Below, one piece after another: positions 1 to 13,212 of a stretch of DNA of 64,000 nucleotides. Position 1 is the first letter of the stretch, and every line of letters starts with the position of its first letter. The DNA lies in assembly GCF_009834535.1 (NCBI RefSeq), contig NC_045697.1:42224001-42288000 (forward strand), given 5' to 3'. A program made the translations under genes and the position numbers. A model generated the notes under the pieces. The model was given only the letters and a program-made list of their open reading frames with translations. It ran no database searches and had not been told where the DNA came from. This stretch comes from Camelus ferus. Taxonomy: Eukaryota.

Positions 1-713
1 GAAGACCTGGGACTGATGAGAGCACTGGTGACCTGAGCCATCAGCCTGGCTGCCCACACTGGCAGGAGTTCCTGTTCAGTGGAGGTGAGGGTCATGGCAC
101 TGCCCAGCCACCACAGCAGTGGATGTGCACCTCCAGTCCAGACAGCACCAGTGACTGCAGATCTCTGCCTTGGCAAGAGAAGCAAGGGCTTTATTTATTG
201 AATCCAAAATCAATGGCATGGACTATGCGTTTCTGTGTCTAGAGACCAGCCCCAGAAGGCAGTCAGCAGCAGCAGCGTCAACAAGCAGGACTAATGTGAG
301 TGAACATGGGAAATACATTTACAAAGTCTTAGATATATTTGAGAAGAACTTGGCAAGCCTGGAGTGCCTGGTACACAGTATAAACTTTTAATCAGTAAAA
401 TCTGAATTCAACCGCTATCAGAACATTATCACAAACTGATGGGGGCTATAGATGTTTGCATTGAGTACAAAAAGGAGTAACTCCATTTTAAACAACCCTG
501 AACAAATATTACTAAAGCCATTTCTAAAACAAGAGCATTAAACATTATGATCATCTTGTAGGCAGAATAATTACAAAGAAACATCACCCTTAGTTATAGG
601 ACCAATTATTAAGAACAATAACAATGGAGTGTCCCACCAGTTAGGTGATATTTATCCATCACTTACAGAATACACTGCACCATGCAAACTATGGGAGAGG
701 AGCAGAAATTCAC

Positions 714-768
714 CTGTTAAGCTTTATATGCTCATTAATATCTCCTAATCCATCTGACTTAAATTCTT
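714..768 (-). other. Candidate 55-nt exon (F): EFKSDGLGDINEHIKLN
   Basis: tttttactcttag/ ... CAG/gtgaat; in frame with E across a 160-nt intron. Confidence 0.3.
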
Positions 769-928
769 CTAAGAGTAAAAAGCATAGTTGTTTATAGTGA
801 AGTCAGTGAGAATAGGAATTTCCTCTGTACTTAAGAGAGGCGGAAATAATCAATTACCTCAATAAGCTTTTCTAGGAGCTTTAAAAAATAAGCAAAATTA
901 GCATTGATTAATCTTGAAATACATTTAC

Positions 929-964
929 CTTGTGAATCGCAAAACCAATTTAATTTCTCACTTT
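929..964 (-). other. Candidate 36-nt exon (E): SEKLNWFCDSQ
   Basis: gttgttattttacag/ ... AAG/gtaaat; open only in phase 1 to 1. Confidence 0.3.
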
Positions 965-1962
965 CTGTAAAATAACAACTCCAGACTTACTCCTTCATTT
1001 AATGAGAATATATTGAATCTGGTACTGCCTCAGGCATTTGGGCACTGCATTAAACATTGCTGTGGATAAAAGCAGGGCTGAAAAAGCACCACCTAGTTTT
1101 TTCAGAATCTAAAATCTGGCTGAGAAAGTAAATTACTAAAAATGAAACAAATCAAAATTATAATTTCCAGAATATTCATTTGCTCTTTCTGTGGAAGATC
1201 TATGAAATCCCATAAACACTTCATTCTCACACAATAACATGTGAGTGAACACTCTTGAAAGAATTATTTGATATACCTAGGAACATGAAAAGATGAATAG
1301 ATGACTGATGTAAACAGTGTCTGTGGTGGAGGGAGAATCCTTTTTGGACACTTCAGCGTTTGTTGATTTTTGTAGTTCAAATTCAATAATGTGCCCATGA
1401 TCTTGTTGAAGATCATAAACAATAAAGATAGTAAAATTTATTCACAGAAAAGACAGTCAGAGAAAGGAAGTGGGAAATTAGGTAATATTAAAAATGAGCC
1501 CAAATAAGGCTGCTACCTTTTGAGTAACAAAGACCTGGTGAATAACATCTGCTTTATACATATAGTTAAAGGCAAGGTATTATAAAGCACAATCAGATGT
1601 TGAATATAAAAAATAAAAAGTCTTGTTTTTCCAAATAATTGGCTTGCTTCTCAGGAAGTCAGAAACTAATAAAACTTCAGGGTTAGGAGAAAAAACTAAG
1701 TTCTCTACTTTGAACATCCATCTAAAAATCGAAGTCTGTATGTTGTTTCAGCAAGTCAAGTGTTTGTCCCTTCAGTCACTAGATGGACTGCTCTATTGAG
1801 GAGTCACTGGCTCCAAGGACACGGGCACAAGCTGACAGGCACTTCTCTCACCTCTTCTTCATTATTGTCAATATCCATTTATAGGAACACTGGCAATAAA
1901 AATGCCACTGTAGACACCTTATCACCCTCAATTCACTGTTCCATTTCACTTAAATAAATATT

Positions 1963-3710
1963 GGGGGAGGGTTCAAGATGTGGCATAGAAAGGTCTTGAA
2001 CTCACCTCCTCCCCTGGGCACGGTAACTCTGCAAATACTTAAATAATTCCTTTGGAAAGAGAACTCAAAACTGGATGAACAGATCCTGCACAACAAGGTG
2101 TAAAGGACAACATCAGGATGGGTATGTGAGGCAGAGATACAGCCTCTTCAAATAAAAAAAAAGCACATCCCACCCCAGATGCAGCAATCCACAATTGGGA
2201 GGGATCACAAAGGTAAGGATCTTTCCCCTGAGGATCAAGGGATTTGAGCTCCACATAAGGCACCCTACCCTTTAGATCCTACAAAGGAGAGGCAAGCACC
2301 CAAAACACATGGCTTTGAAAACCAATGGGGAATATGTCCAGAAAAATGATAGAATTACAGGGAACAGGAAACCCACTCTTAGAAGTCTCATGTACCAACT
2401 CAATCTGAAAATCAGCACAGAAAGATATACCAGATTGAGAAGTGCATGGACAATAGCTAAAGGGGACCCACTTACCAATTCTGAAGCATCTCCAAAGAGG
2501 CAGGCTTTGGAATGTGTTCAAATTTCAGTTGCTACCAACTTAAAACAGGCTACTATTTACATAGGATGTGAACCTCATGATAACCACAAGGAAAAAACTT
2601 ATAGTAAACACAAAAAAGAATAAAAAAGGAATCTAAACATAACACAATTTAAAAGATCAATGAATCTAAGAGTTGGTTCTTTGAAAATATAAACAAAATT
2701 GACAAACCTTTAGCTAGACTAACCAAGAAAAAAAGAGAGAGGACTTAAATAAATAAAATAAAATGAAAGAAGAGAAATTGCAAGTGATACCACAGAAATA
2801 CAAAGGACTATAAGAGACTGCTATGAACAATTATACACCAACAAATTGGACAACCCAGAAGAAATGGGTAAATTCCTAGATTTTTACATACAATCTTCCA
2901 AGACTGAATCATGAGGAAATAGGACTATAACTCACCAAAAAAAATTATTAAAAAATGGGCAAAGGATCTAAATAGACAGTTTTCCAACAAAGTATATAGG
3001 TGGCCAACAGGCATATGAAAAGATGTTTAATATCACTAACTATTAGGGAAATGTAAATCAAAACCACAATGAGATATCACCTTACATTTGTTAGAATGTC
3101 GTATCAAAAAGCAAGAAATAACAAATGTTGGGGAGAACATGGAGAAAAGTGAATCCTTACTTCTGTTGGTGGGACTTTAAATTGGTGCAGCTAGTATGTA
3201 AAATAGTCTGAAGACTCTCAAATAATTAAGACCTGAGCTATCATTGATCCAGCTATTCCACTTTTTGGTATTTATCTAAAGAATACAAAAACACTGATTC
3301 AAAAAGATATATTCATCCCTATGTTCCTTCCAGGATTATTTACAGAAGGCAAGATACAGAAACAACCTAAATGTCCATGGATGGATGAATGGATAAAGAA
3401 AATGTGGTGTATATGTACACAATGGAATACCAAGTAGTATTCCATTGAAAAGAATGAAACCCTGCCATTAGTGACAACATAGATGGACCTTAAAGATATT
3501 ACGCTAAGTAAAGTAAGACTGAAAAAAATACCATATGATATCACTCTCATGTGGAATCTGAAAAAACAAAACCAGTCAACCAACAAAACAAAAACAAAAA
3601 ACTCATAGATAACAGAGAACAGATTAAGGAGGAAAGGCGGCTGGGGGTGGTGATCACTTAATGGTTCACAGAGATGTCAAATGATAATGCTGTACACCTG
3701 AAACTTATTT
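1963..3710 (+). mobile_element. Internally deleted LINE-1 (5'UTR, inter-ORF piece, ORF2 pieces, 3'UTR)
   Basis: Begins gggggagggttcaagatg like an L1 5' end. ORF2 motifs (atcaatgaatctaagagttggttctttgaaaa at ~2657; aaaatgggcaaaggatctaaatagaca at ~2952). 3'UTR runs to tgtacacctgaaactt. Confidence 0.9.
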
Positions 3711-4384
3711 AACAGGATCACTAAAGGTACTTCTTACAAACACAGACTGACTAGTTTTTTCCTATGTCAACCTTAGTATTTGACTTTTAAAAGATTTCAA
3801 GGCATAAGGAGTAGTGTTTAAAATTCAGACTAAGTAGTATGGTTAAATTAGAAGTATTATGTCATTTTTAGATTTGAGCAGGGGTTTGAGGCCCCAGGTC
3901 ACAGCAGGAGACAACAGACTTACTTCACAGACTCGCACACAGAAGAGCTAGAGTAGCCCAAGGGCAGGAATCTCTGTGGCACAGGGTTGCAGCCAGACGC
4001 TGGGAACCCTGAAACACTGGCCTACGACTTGTTGCTTTGATAGAAGAACAAACCAATATCAGGATGGCTGAGGTCAGACTGAGGAGTAGAAGCTAGAAAG
4101 AGGAGTAGATCAAAGCACAGACTGGATATATAAGCTGAAATTAAAACCCTGCTTTAAACAGAGCCAAAGTTAAGAAGAAAGCTCCCCCAGCTGTAATGTT
4201 AAGCTCCAGGAGTGCAAGGACTATGCCTATGTATATATAGCCATCAGCATCCATCAGAGTGGCTATTCAATTAACGTCTGGCAAAAAACAAATGATTTGC
4301 ACCAATGGTTTGCTTGAGAAGGCATAACTCAACCTCTGGTCTTCTTCCACTTGATTTTATTTTTACTCTATTTGAACTTCACAT

Positions 4385-4720
4385 TTTAAAATTGAGACAT
4401 AATTTACATATAGATGTTAAGAGCTCAGCTCAATGACTTGACAAATGCATAGACCTGTGTAACTAGAACCAGCCTCCTCGGTGTGAGGCCTGTGCAGTCG
4501 GGCTGGGACCTGTGCTGGAAGAGCTCTGTGCTTGGCTTAATGCTCCGCTTTTGCCAAAAGTATTAATAGCTTTTGAACAAAGAGCCCCAGGTTTTTATTT
4601 TTCACTGGGCCCTGCAAATTACGTAGCAATCCTATGTGTAACCCACACCTCTGTTTAGACTGAGATCATCTTAATCACACCAGAAGGTTCCCTTGTGCCC
4701 TTTCACCGTGGACTACTTCC
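4385..4720 (-). mobile_element. Old L1 3' fragment interrupted by MER45A
   Basis: aaattgagacataatttacata...acaaatgcatagacctgtgtaac resembles an antisense L1M 3'UTR and resumes after 4642. Confidence 0.6.
4464..4634 (+). mobile_element. MER45A-like hAT-Tip100 non-autonomous DNA transposon
   Basis: Matches recalled MER45A (cactgggccctgcaaattacgtagc). Perfect 8-bp TSD TGTGTAAC at 4456-4463 and 4635-4642. Confidence 0.85.
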
Positions 4721-5319
4721 ACCTATTCTAGGACTTCTAGAATAGTGTGTTCTCTCTTTTAAAGGGGCTTCAGCTACACAGAACCCAGCAGCAGAGGAAG
4801 TCTTAAAATATAGTTTCCATATAACAGATAATGACCAATCTTTGGTAATATCTTTTCATAATCTCTGGTCTCCCTGGTACAGAATGGGAGATTAGTAACT
4901 TCGCAAGGCTAAGGAAATAAATAAATGATCTTAGTGTTTCCCCACACTCTAAAAACCTGAATCTTCAAGGTCATTGCTTTGACCAAGTGTTTCTTTTTCT
5001 CTGGAACCTGGTTGGTTCTGAAATACTCCTCTTTTAAGGATATAAAATCTAGGAAACAAATCAGGAAAAACTATGTAAATTGTGCCTTCATGGATTAAAT
5101 TACTCTAAATAAGTAAGTGTGTGACATCCTTGAAAATTTCAAAACAATTACATTTTTAAAAGAACAATTACCATGCATTTCACTGTAATGGGGGCCTCTA
5201 ATATCACATATATAAAATCAAACTAGCCACATTTGCTATATTCCAGAGGCACTTTATTTGTCTGTTATTTTTAGGGTAGAGGTTAACAAATAATATTAAC
5301 AGTAATAGTAATAAATAAT

Positions 5320-5670
5320 TTCAGCAGTTAACACTTACCCAGCACTTATTAGCAAGCAATCTGACAAGGGTTTACATGTGTTAGTGTAACCTTGAGCAAG
5401 TGATTCAACTTTTTTATTTGAAAATTAGGATAATAAATATATCTTCCTTAGGTTTATTAAAAGACTTACTGGGATAATGCACAATCTAGTGCCTGGCATA
5501 AAATAAAAGCTTGGCGAACATTAGCTCCCATTATTAGGTTATAATTTAACCAAAACAACAGCGCCCGCAGAGACTGAGGAATTTGCCAGGCAGGTGCTGT
5601 CATACGGTGAGGAACATGGACTCTAACCCAAGTTTCTCTGACTCTCAATTCTCATGTTTACACTAAAATA
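5320..5670. mobile_element. MIR SINE fragments in both orientations
   Basis: gtgtaaccttgagcaagtgattcaac (+) and cagagactgagg...aacccaagtttctctgactctca (-). Confidence 0.7.
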
Positions 5671-5999
5671 CTGCCTACGCCCCTAGAATGACAAGTAAGT
5701 ACTTTCCAGTTCCAAACAGAAACTATGCATTATTTATCTAAATAGATGAATGAATTGTTCTTTATCAAAATATTTGCCTGCAACTTCAAGCTTGTTCATT
5801 GTATTTTGTGCTCGAGTGCTATGATTTACTCTGAAAGTCTAGTCAAGTAACTTTTTGCACACTTTTCAGCAATCGGTGAGCCAAAGAGAGCAACATTTTC
5901 TCATCTTTTTGCTGAGCTTGAGACTAATTTTGCTGCGTGCATGAACCAAGTTAGTTAACAGCTTTATTTAATTCAAAATCTACCAGGAGCCATCCTTAC

Positions 6000-6093
6000 T
6001 GAGCTGTACCACATGATAAGGATGAGCAGTGTGACACTGGTCCATCCAAGTGTTTCTGTTCTTTAAGTCCTGGAGAGATCTCTTTGCACATCT
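6000..6093 (-). other. Candidate 94-nt exon (D)
   Basis: Acceptor ttttgtgttttcatatag/ and donor TCA/gtaagg. Open in two frames, but gives a stop if joined directly to exon C. Confidence 0.35.
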
Positions 6094-6149
6094 CTATATG
6101 AAAACACAAAATTCACAGATTATTTGCCTTTAACTAAAAAGTTTCAACT

Positions 6150-6543
6150 TGATAGTACAGGAAGTTGAGTGTCTTCTCTTTTCCCCTCAGAGCCATCCCC
6201 ACCCTTCTCCATCCTGGGCCACTGACCAGCATGGATTGCCCTGGGCCCTACCTTGCCCTCCAGCTTACAGTGAGGCAGCCCCTGGCATACAGGGGAGGCA
6301 AGCAGGTGCAAAGGGATGGAAGAGAGGAAGATCAGACACTGATGCCACAGGTTGGCTGCATCTTTCTCCCAGAGGCCACCTCTTGCCTTACAGCCCTCTG
6401 TCTCTGCAGTTTCAGTAGCTGGGGGGCAGTGATGGCTCTCTGATGCCACTACCCAGCTTCCTCACTCTCCCTTGTTCCTTTACCAGAGTTGACCTCACAC
6501 CTTTGCAAACAGTCCCTTACAGTATCTAATTCTAATTGATACA
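6150..6543 (+). mobile_element. LTR33-like ERVL solo LTR
   Basis: ccacccttctccatcctg...cacacctttgcaaacagtccctt...tgataca matches recalled LTR33. Confidence 0.7.
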
Positions 6544-6759
6544 GGTTACTCCAGTGTACACCTGTGTCTGGTCTGGAGCAACTATAGCAGCATTTCCCAA
6601 AGGTTCCGCTTGAGAAATAAAAAGGTTTCAATGTTTAAATCAGTTTGACAGACTGGATTAAGCAAATAAATGGTATTCTTACTTTAGAAGCTCACATAGT
6701 TTGGTGTGTCAATAAATGTTCACTGAGAAGCATTAAGATGAGGAACTTATGAGCAGCAT

Positions 6760-7410
6760 TTCCTATGATTTTTTCCCCTAGAGCAGCTTCTAAGACTACA
6801 AGGACAGAATCAGGTAGGACTATAGGAGAGGTGGTGATACAGAAGGCTTGCCTGGGAGTAGAAGCAGTCAGGTGACCACAGGCTCCCATCCTGTGATGGT
6901 TGCAGTGCCTCGAATAGAATACTGTGAAGGTGCTGGGGGAGGATGAGCTTTGCTTGACAACACAGTGAGTGATCTCTGGCTGCTGTGTTCCGCTAATTGG
7001 TATTTCTTCTGCCTCCTCCCTAGTGAGGATTTCTGATACTGGCTGTCACTTCTCATCGCAGTGCCTCACGACTATTCATTGTTTTCTTCTCTTTTCTGGC
7101 CACACTGCATTTGCAATGAGACTAGCCAGTTGTCTTTCTGAGACAAACTAATATGTGGATATTTCCAAATATTCTTTCATCAGTCTTTTCACTGTTTATT
7201 CTTATTTCTCCAGGGCTTCTGGGCTTTGGGTTTTACCCCTACCTTTCTCACTTCCCCACCTTCCATCACTGCTGGTGCCTCCCGGTGGAAGCCAGCTGGC
7301 AAGGGATTCTGGGTAATGCACTGCCTAGGCACAGGCAGACCGTGATGGCCACAGAGGATGGAAAATGGGTCTCAGGCAAGGCCATGCAGAAAATAACTAG
7401 GAAGCCAGTT
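6760..7410. mobile_element. Old ERVL/MaLR-type LTR remnant
   Basis: gaagccagctggcaagggattctgggtaatg motif; boundaries approximate. Confidence 0.45.
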
Positions 7411-7810
7411 CTTAAGGTGTTTTCTTCTAATCCAGTTCCCTAGGTTAGTTATAGTTGCCACACTTGCCAATGTTCAGCTACCTCTTTTGATTCAGTGTTT
7501 GTTCTAGAATGGGGCCCTGAGGGCTTTGGATCCTGACTATCCTCATCAGGTTTCACTCCTGACCCTCAAGCCTTGGTTCTGAGGGAAAACATTTCCCAGT
7601 AGGGTTTTCTTCATGACTGTTATTTTTTACCAATGTCTGCACAAATGATCAGACCAGCTGTAGAATGGATCCAAATTGACTACTGAACTCACAGATTGTG
7701 AACATTCTCCTCTCTGTTGGGTTTGGCCATAAATGGAAGGTGATAGTATGGCATGGATATTGGAAAGAGAAAAAAATACATACCAAGAAATGGAAAGTGA
7801 AGAAATATAC

Positions 7811-8262
7811 TGTTGAGAGATAGTCCTATATGAGTCTCTTGCATTTTTGGATATCTTTAAAGCAAAGACACTGACTGTCCATTGAGGCAGACTGTATTTT
7901 CAAGGATGCTTGCATATTTAGCAACCTTGGAAGATAAAGATAGTGATTTCCTTCAAAGCAGAGGAAGGCTTGCTTACTGGTCATTATAAATGGTTCCTGG
8001 TTCCTAAATTCTTCATTCTTCTTCTGTAACTCAGCCCACTGTGTGGGGGTGTTGGTGGCCTCTCTGCATCACCCTGTAGGAATTGGAGCTCAAGGAACAG
8101 CACAAAAATGCTAATTATCTCACTGTGGCGTTGGCTGTGAGTAATAAATTGTGCTATGTCTCAACCCCAGAGACTTATGTCCCTAACATCTATGAAGCTG
8201 GGGGGATGAATGCATTATGTTGCAACTAAGGAAAAATCTCAAACCTTTCACAGTTTTTGACA
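7811..8262 (+). mobile_element. ERVL solo LTR (MER76-like)
   Basis: TG...CA ends, internal aataaa, terminus aaaatctcaaacctttcacagtttttgaca. Confidence 0.75.
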
Positions 8263-8936
8263 AGTCCTTCTGCTTAGCTTAACAATATAGACTCTTTCGG
8301 ATAATGACTTCTGTGGCTGCCATGCCAAGTGAGGGTCCTGTCTTTTTTAAGGTTTTATTGGCTATTTTCAAATTTTTTTTGTCAGCTCTCGCTCAAAGAC
8401 ATAAATTCAATTTTTTTTAAAAAGATACAAAATATTTTTACTTAAATGGTATAAAAGTCTGTATGAAGTCTAGAGATTATTTCATCATTGAGAAATAATA
8501 CATACATTTTACACACTGCAGCATTTCTGTTAAGCTAGGGAAGAGTCACCCACATTGCTGAAACCTCACCCATGCACACAGGTGCATACACACACACATA
8601 TACACAAATGTATGCACCACATAAACACATGTAGTCTACAGGGCTATAATATGTTTTGGGTTTAGTTATCCAAAGATGCACAATCCATTTAAAAAACAAG
8701 GTATCCTCAAAGGGTAACAGCAGATATAGCACATCTCAGCAAAATTTCCCTAGCTACAAGAAACTGTAATAAGAAATACAAGCCCAAAGTGGCATATTCA
8801 TGCAAAGAATGGTCTCATTGGATCCAGAAAATTTAATTCTTACTCTGCTACCACTCTTATTTTTCTAGTTTATATCAGCATTTTAGAAGCACTTGCAACA
8901 AAAACTAATGCTCTGTACTGTGAAGGAAATACTCAC

Positions 8937-9082
8937 AAGCACAGAGTTTCTGGATCTTGAACCACAATGGGATTCAGCAAAGCTTCATCCTGACGTGGGG
9001 ACTGCGGGTTGTGTGGGTGTGGCAAGGAAGAGGACGTGCCCAGCTTCAACTTTCCAGATAAGTCCATTCCCCTCATAGCCAA
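8937..9082 (-). CDS. Candidate 146-nt exon (C): LAMRGMDLSGKLKLGTSSSLPHPHNPQSPRQDEALLNPIVVQDPETLC+TT
   Basis: Branch point-like ctaat and pyrimidine tract (tcttttggctaatttcttccacacaaag/). Donor CTT/gtgagtat. Three CpGs retained. Open in phase 0 (ORF track 8933-9196). Confidence 0.55.
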
Positions 9083-9459
9083 CTTTGTGTGGAAGAAATT
9101 AGCCAAAAGACAACATTTACTGTGTTTCAGGCAAGTCTCCAATTCCCCCAAAACCCATACCAACAGTGGAAATTCTGTAACTTGTGATTCATTCATTTGT
9201 AGTAAGTGTTGCCTGCTGCCTATATTCTTTTTATAAAATTGTCATAAATGTTTCCATCTCCAAGAAAAATGGCCTAATAACTTTACACATGGGAGAGCCT
9301 GTGGCTGCATGAGAAAACTAGAGAACTGTGGTAAAAGAGATTAAAAAGCCAGGAATGTAAAATGAAGAAAAGAAACCACAGTGTACTGAAGACATTAACC
9401 ATCTTTGAAATCAAAATGGCACATTCCTCCCCATCACCCCCAGGGAGATCCTTGTCAAG

Positions 9460-9730
9460 ACAGTAGCATGGTGTAATGAAAATGGCAGAGGGTCTGGATC
9501 GGGCGTTAGACAGCACAGGCTTCCAGTCCTAGTTTCCCTCTTACTAGCTATGTGACCTTAAACAGGATACTTAATCTATCTGGTCTCTAGTTTCCTGATA
9601 CAAAAAGAAAAAAAAAAGGTAGTTAAAAAAATATACATCTGCTACAAAAGATTACTGAAAACAAAGTGATACAGTCCATCAGCAACTGGAATTTGTTAGC
9701 ATTCTCTAAATGTCAGCTGATTTCATTATT
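9460..9730 (+). mobile_element. MIR SINE
   Basis: Core cttactagctatgtgaccttaaacaggatacttaatctatctgg. Confidence 0.8.
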
Positions 9731-10017
9731 ATTTTTTAATTATTGCCATTAATCATTACACTCTGTTGTCCAGAACACAATTAATAGATGTCAGTTTACC
9801 CCAGTTAAATCATATCTAAATGATGCGCTCGACTACATAGACAGACAGGTCCTAGATTCCCAGCTAGTTAGAATGGAGCAACAGTGAAGGAAGTTCCTCA
9901 GTGTGTATACAAATATTAGAGAAGAAAACAATGTTTATGTATTTTACAAAAAGTATGATTAATATACCTACTGTTCTTACAACACAAACAATAGAAATCA
10001 AAGTATGACGAAATTAC

Positions 10018-10051
10018 CTTGTAGGTTGACAGTTCGAAGAGGATCAAGGGA
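10018..10051 (-). CDS. Candidate 34-nt exon (B): (H)PLILFELSTYK
   Basis: Acceptor gctgtttctgcag/ and donor AAG/gtaatt. Phase 2 to 0 reading is open and joins A and C in frame. Confidence 0.55.
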
Positions 10052-11994
10052 CTGCAGAAACAGCATGGGCTACAAATGGTAGCTTAGAGGACACATATGA
10101 GCCTCAGAACTGGAAACCAGAAGCCCCTCATTCCCACTGACTTGATACAGACATGCAATTCCCTTAATTTTTATCAAGCGGCTAAATTTCCTTCTTTAAC
10201 ACAAACAACTCATTCAGGTTATCCACTCATCAGACTTAAAGGAGCCAAGATCATGTACAATTTCCAGTGGAGACATCACCTCCAGGCTGAACCCAGCTAG
10301 AAAATTCTGGCCTATTTCCTCCCACATGGATCCATTTCCCAGCCTACTTCATGTAAATTGTCCAGGCCTGACCAAAGGATTGCAATTTCTCTCTTGTCAC
10401 AAATAACCTTGAGAGACTCTAATGGAAGACCATTGCTAGAGATGTGAGAAATGGGGGTGGGTTTCTAAGCCAGCTTCTTCTAGCTGATTCACAAGTTGTA
10501 GGCCATGAAGTGTCTCAGCAAGGGCTTTCTTGAGAGAGACGTTTCCATTTGTTCTTTATATAGTCTACATGTTAGTAGTCATAAAACAGATGTCTTCAAA
10601 GCAATGCTAGTTAGCTTAAACACAAATATGAAATTAGTCATTTGTAAAGCGCAGTCACATATTTCTCTGATGGGATGCAAGATCCTGATTTTGAGTACTA
10701 ATTCATGTTTTAATACACTGCTAGTTGCTCTTGAATTAGCTCTTCAGTCAAGTATCAGGGACTATTTTGGGCTCACTGGACAGTTAATTCAAAGTACAAA
10801 ACAAAATCCTATGAGAGACTGGATTAAAAAAAATTTGTCCTTTAAGTTACACAAAGACGCAAAAATTCCCTCCAGGAAATTAATACTCTAATTATAAACT
10901 TTCTGGTTGAAAAGTCTTGAAAAGCTTTGTCTCTTCTATAAAGTTGAAAGTCTTTGGTTTGGCTTCATTTAATTTTTTCCCCATTCAGAACATATGGGAA
11001 TATTCCCAAAACATCAGAGCAGCTGGTCCTTTTGAAATCAGAAAAACTGTTCTCTCTAATAGTACTCATACTATAGAAAAAGGAATCCACACTGCTGGCA
11101 AAACAGCTGGTCTTATTTCTGAGGGATATGGCAATGGCTAAGGCAACATGTTTTCCTGCTTAAATTACAGTTTCAGAAAAGAGAAAGATCAATCATTGTT
11201 TATAAACTGAGTTGTAATAATATCAGTTCCTTTCTTTCAACTTACCCCATTTAGAATGTTTCCAAATATGGGGAGGATTGTTACACAGCCCAAATGTTCA
11301 CATTTTTGACTGACTTTCTCAGTTTACATTGAATGGTTGACATCTTATAGTAGATACAGCTTTTCTGAAAGTTACTACACTGAACGGCATTTTATCTCAA
11401 TATTTACAGTTGGACATGCAAGACATCAAGAAATTGGATGAAGGAAAAAGAGGCAATCTGACAAATCAAAATAGTACGTTCAGAGTTGAAACAATAGCCT
11501 AAGTCATATAACAATATATAACAAGCCTCAGTAACAAAATAGAATTTAATAATCTGGTCTGTGCTCTCTTGGTCCAGCAGATACAACACTGTATCAAACC
11601 TCAAATGTTGTCTTGACAACTCTCAGCCTTTCTTGCACAAAGGTGACAAACATACTGTGAAAATTGTCCACAATTAAAAACAGTGGGTCTAAAGAAGTAT
11701 TCTCCCGCCTCTTTTTGGATAGAGATCTATATTTCTTAGCAGAAATGAGTAAAGGTTGAAAGAAAAATTATTTCCTTAGATTAAAAAAAGTATAGTAGAA
11801 CAGAAGCTTGACAGATGTTTGATTAAGAAAATATTTAAAGATTTAAGACCAGAGCAACACTTTAATTGATAAGATCTTAGGGTAACAAAATGTTTGCTGC
11901 TGATCAGTAAATTCCTAGATCAGATTCCCTAGTTACTGGTTTAGTAACAAAATGAAGGCCATTTTCTTTGTAGAGCCACTTATTCATGTCATCT

Positions 11995-12409
11995 TGCAGG
12001 GAAAATAACCAACTACTCTTAAGCTCTGAATATATGCCAGAAATGGAACTCAATGCTTTACAGATATGATTTACTTTAGTTTTTGCATTATGCATATGGT
12101 GTTGGTGAAATTAACCCATTTTACAGAAGGGCAAGTCAACTTAGAGTTTTACATTATCTCTCATTCATCTTAAAAAAAATTTGGATTAGACAATGTGATA
12201 TATAGTTTTGATGAATAGTTTTATTTTATTTGCTACCGTGATTAGCAAACCTCTGAAGTATCTCACTGGGAAAACACTGTAGGCTTGGTCAGCACTTCGA
12301 GAGACTAATAAAAAGCCATAATCCAGAGGCTGATACTCTAAATTCTTCATCTATCTTTGAACAACAACAACAACAACAACCAGAAAAACAAAACAAAACA
12401 AAACAAAAC

Positions 12410-12441
<32 letters not shown>

Positions 12442-12630
12442 CAGAGCTTTTGTTAATTAGCATTATGGAGGACATTAGCATTTAGCAAAGAATTGTAAAT
12501 AACCAAATCTGCTTAAGTCAGTTCACAAGACTGGTTACATAACTTGCTCCAAATAGTATAGCTAGGATTTGAATACAAGTCCTCCTGACTCAAAGATCCT
12601 TGCTTTCAACCGCTATGTGTAACGTCCTCT
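11995..12630 (-). mobile_element. MIR fragments flanking a simple repeat
   Basis: cccattttacagaagggcaag; ggttacataacttgctccaa...ggatttgaatacaagtcctcctgactcaaag. Confidence 0.6.
12360..12436 (+). repeat. (CAA)n followed by (CAAAA)n microsatellite
   Basis: Seen directly. Confidence 0.95.
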
Positions 12631-12828
12631 GACCTTATCTTCCCTCAGCGTAGAACAGCATATTAATTTGGTTGAACCCTTGATTGCTAAGTGAATGATA
12701 TACAAGGAAAAGGACAGAAGGGGAAAGGCAAGAATCCTCCTCCAAGACTCTTACACAAGTGACCCCACCACGTAACTCTTATCTTGGTGAGTCAAGGTCC
12801 TAGCCCCTCCTCCATGCTCCCATATTGG

Positions 12829-13212
12829 GCATCTGTTTAGGGCTTCCATAACAAAATACCACAGACTGGATGGATTAAATAACAGAAATTTATTTTCTGA
12901 CAGTTCTGGAGACTGAAAGTCCAAGATCAAGGTGTTCTCCTGAGGCGCCTCTCCTGGGTTTGCAGATGGCTGCCTTCTCTGTGTGTTCACGTGGCATTGT
13001 CTCTGTGCACTTGTATCCCTGGTGTCTCTCTTCTGTCCTAATCTCCTTACTGGAACACCAATCATATCAGCTTAGGACCCACCATAACAGCCCCATTTTG
13101 ACTTAATTATCTCTTTAAAGACCTGTCTCCATATTGAGTCACATTCTGAGGCACTGGGGGTAAGGGCTTCAACATATGAATTGTGAGAGGGACACAATTC
13201 AGCCCAGAGTAG
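12829..13212 (-). mobile_element. MLT1B-like MaLR solo LTR
   Basis: ataacaaaataccacagactgg...cttcaacatatgaattgtgagagggacacaattcagccc. Confidence 0.9.

Noticed and set aside
1277..1420. Minus-strand open stretch ending in TAG/gtatat
   Set aside because: Weak acceptor, and its phase is incompatible with exon E.
7693..7713. 21-nt frame-preserving micro-exon candidate (EENVHN) after exon C
   Set aside because: Good gtgagt donor but poor pyrimidine tract; too short to distinguish from chance and does not fix the C/D phase mismatch.
11411..11473. Plus-strand exon-like segment LDMQDIKKLDEGKRGNLTNQN
   Set aside because: Weak donor, no partner exons, and opposite to the better-supported strand.
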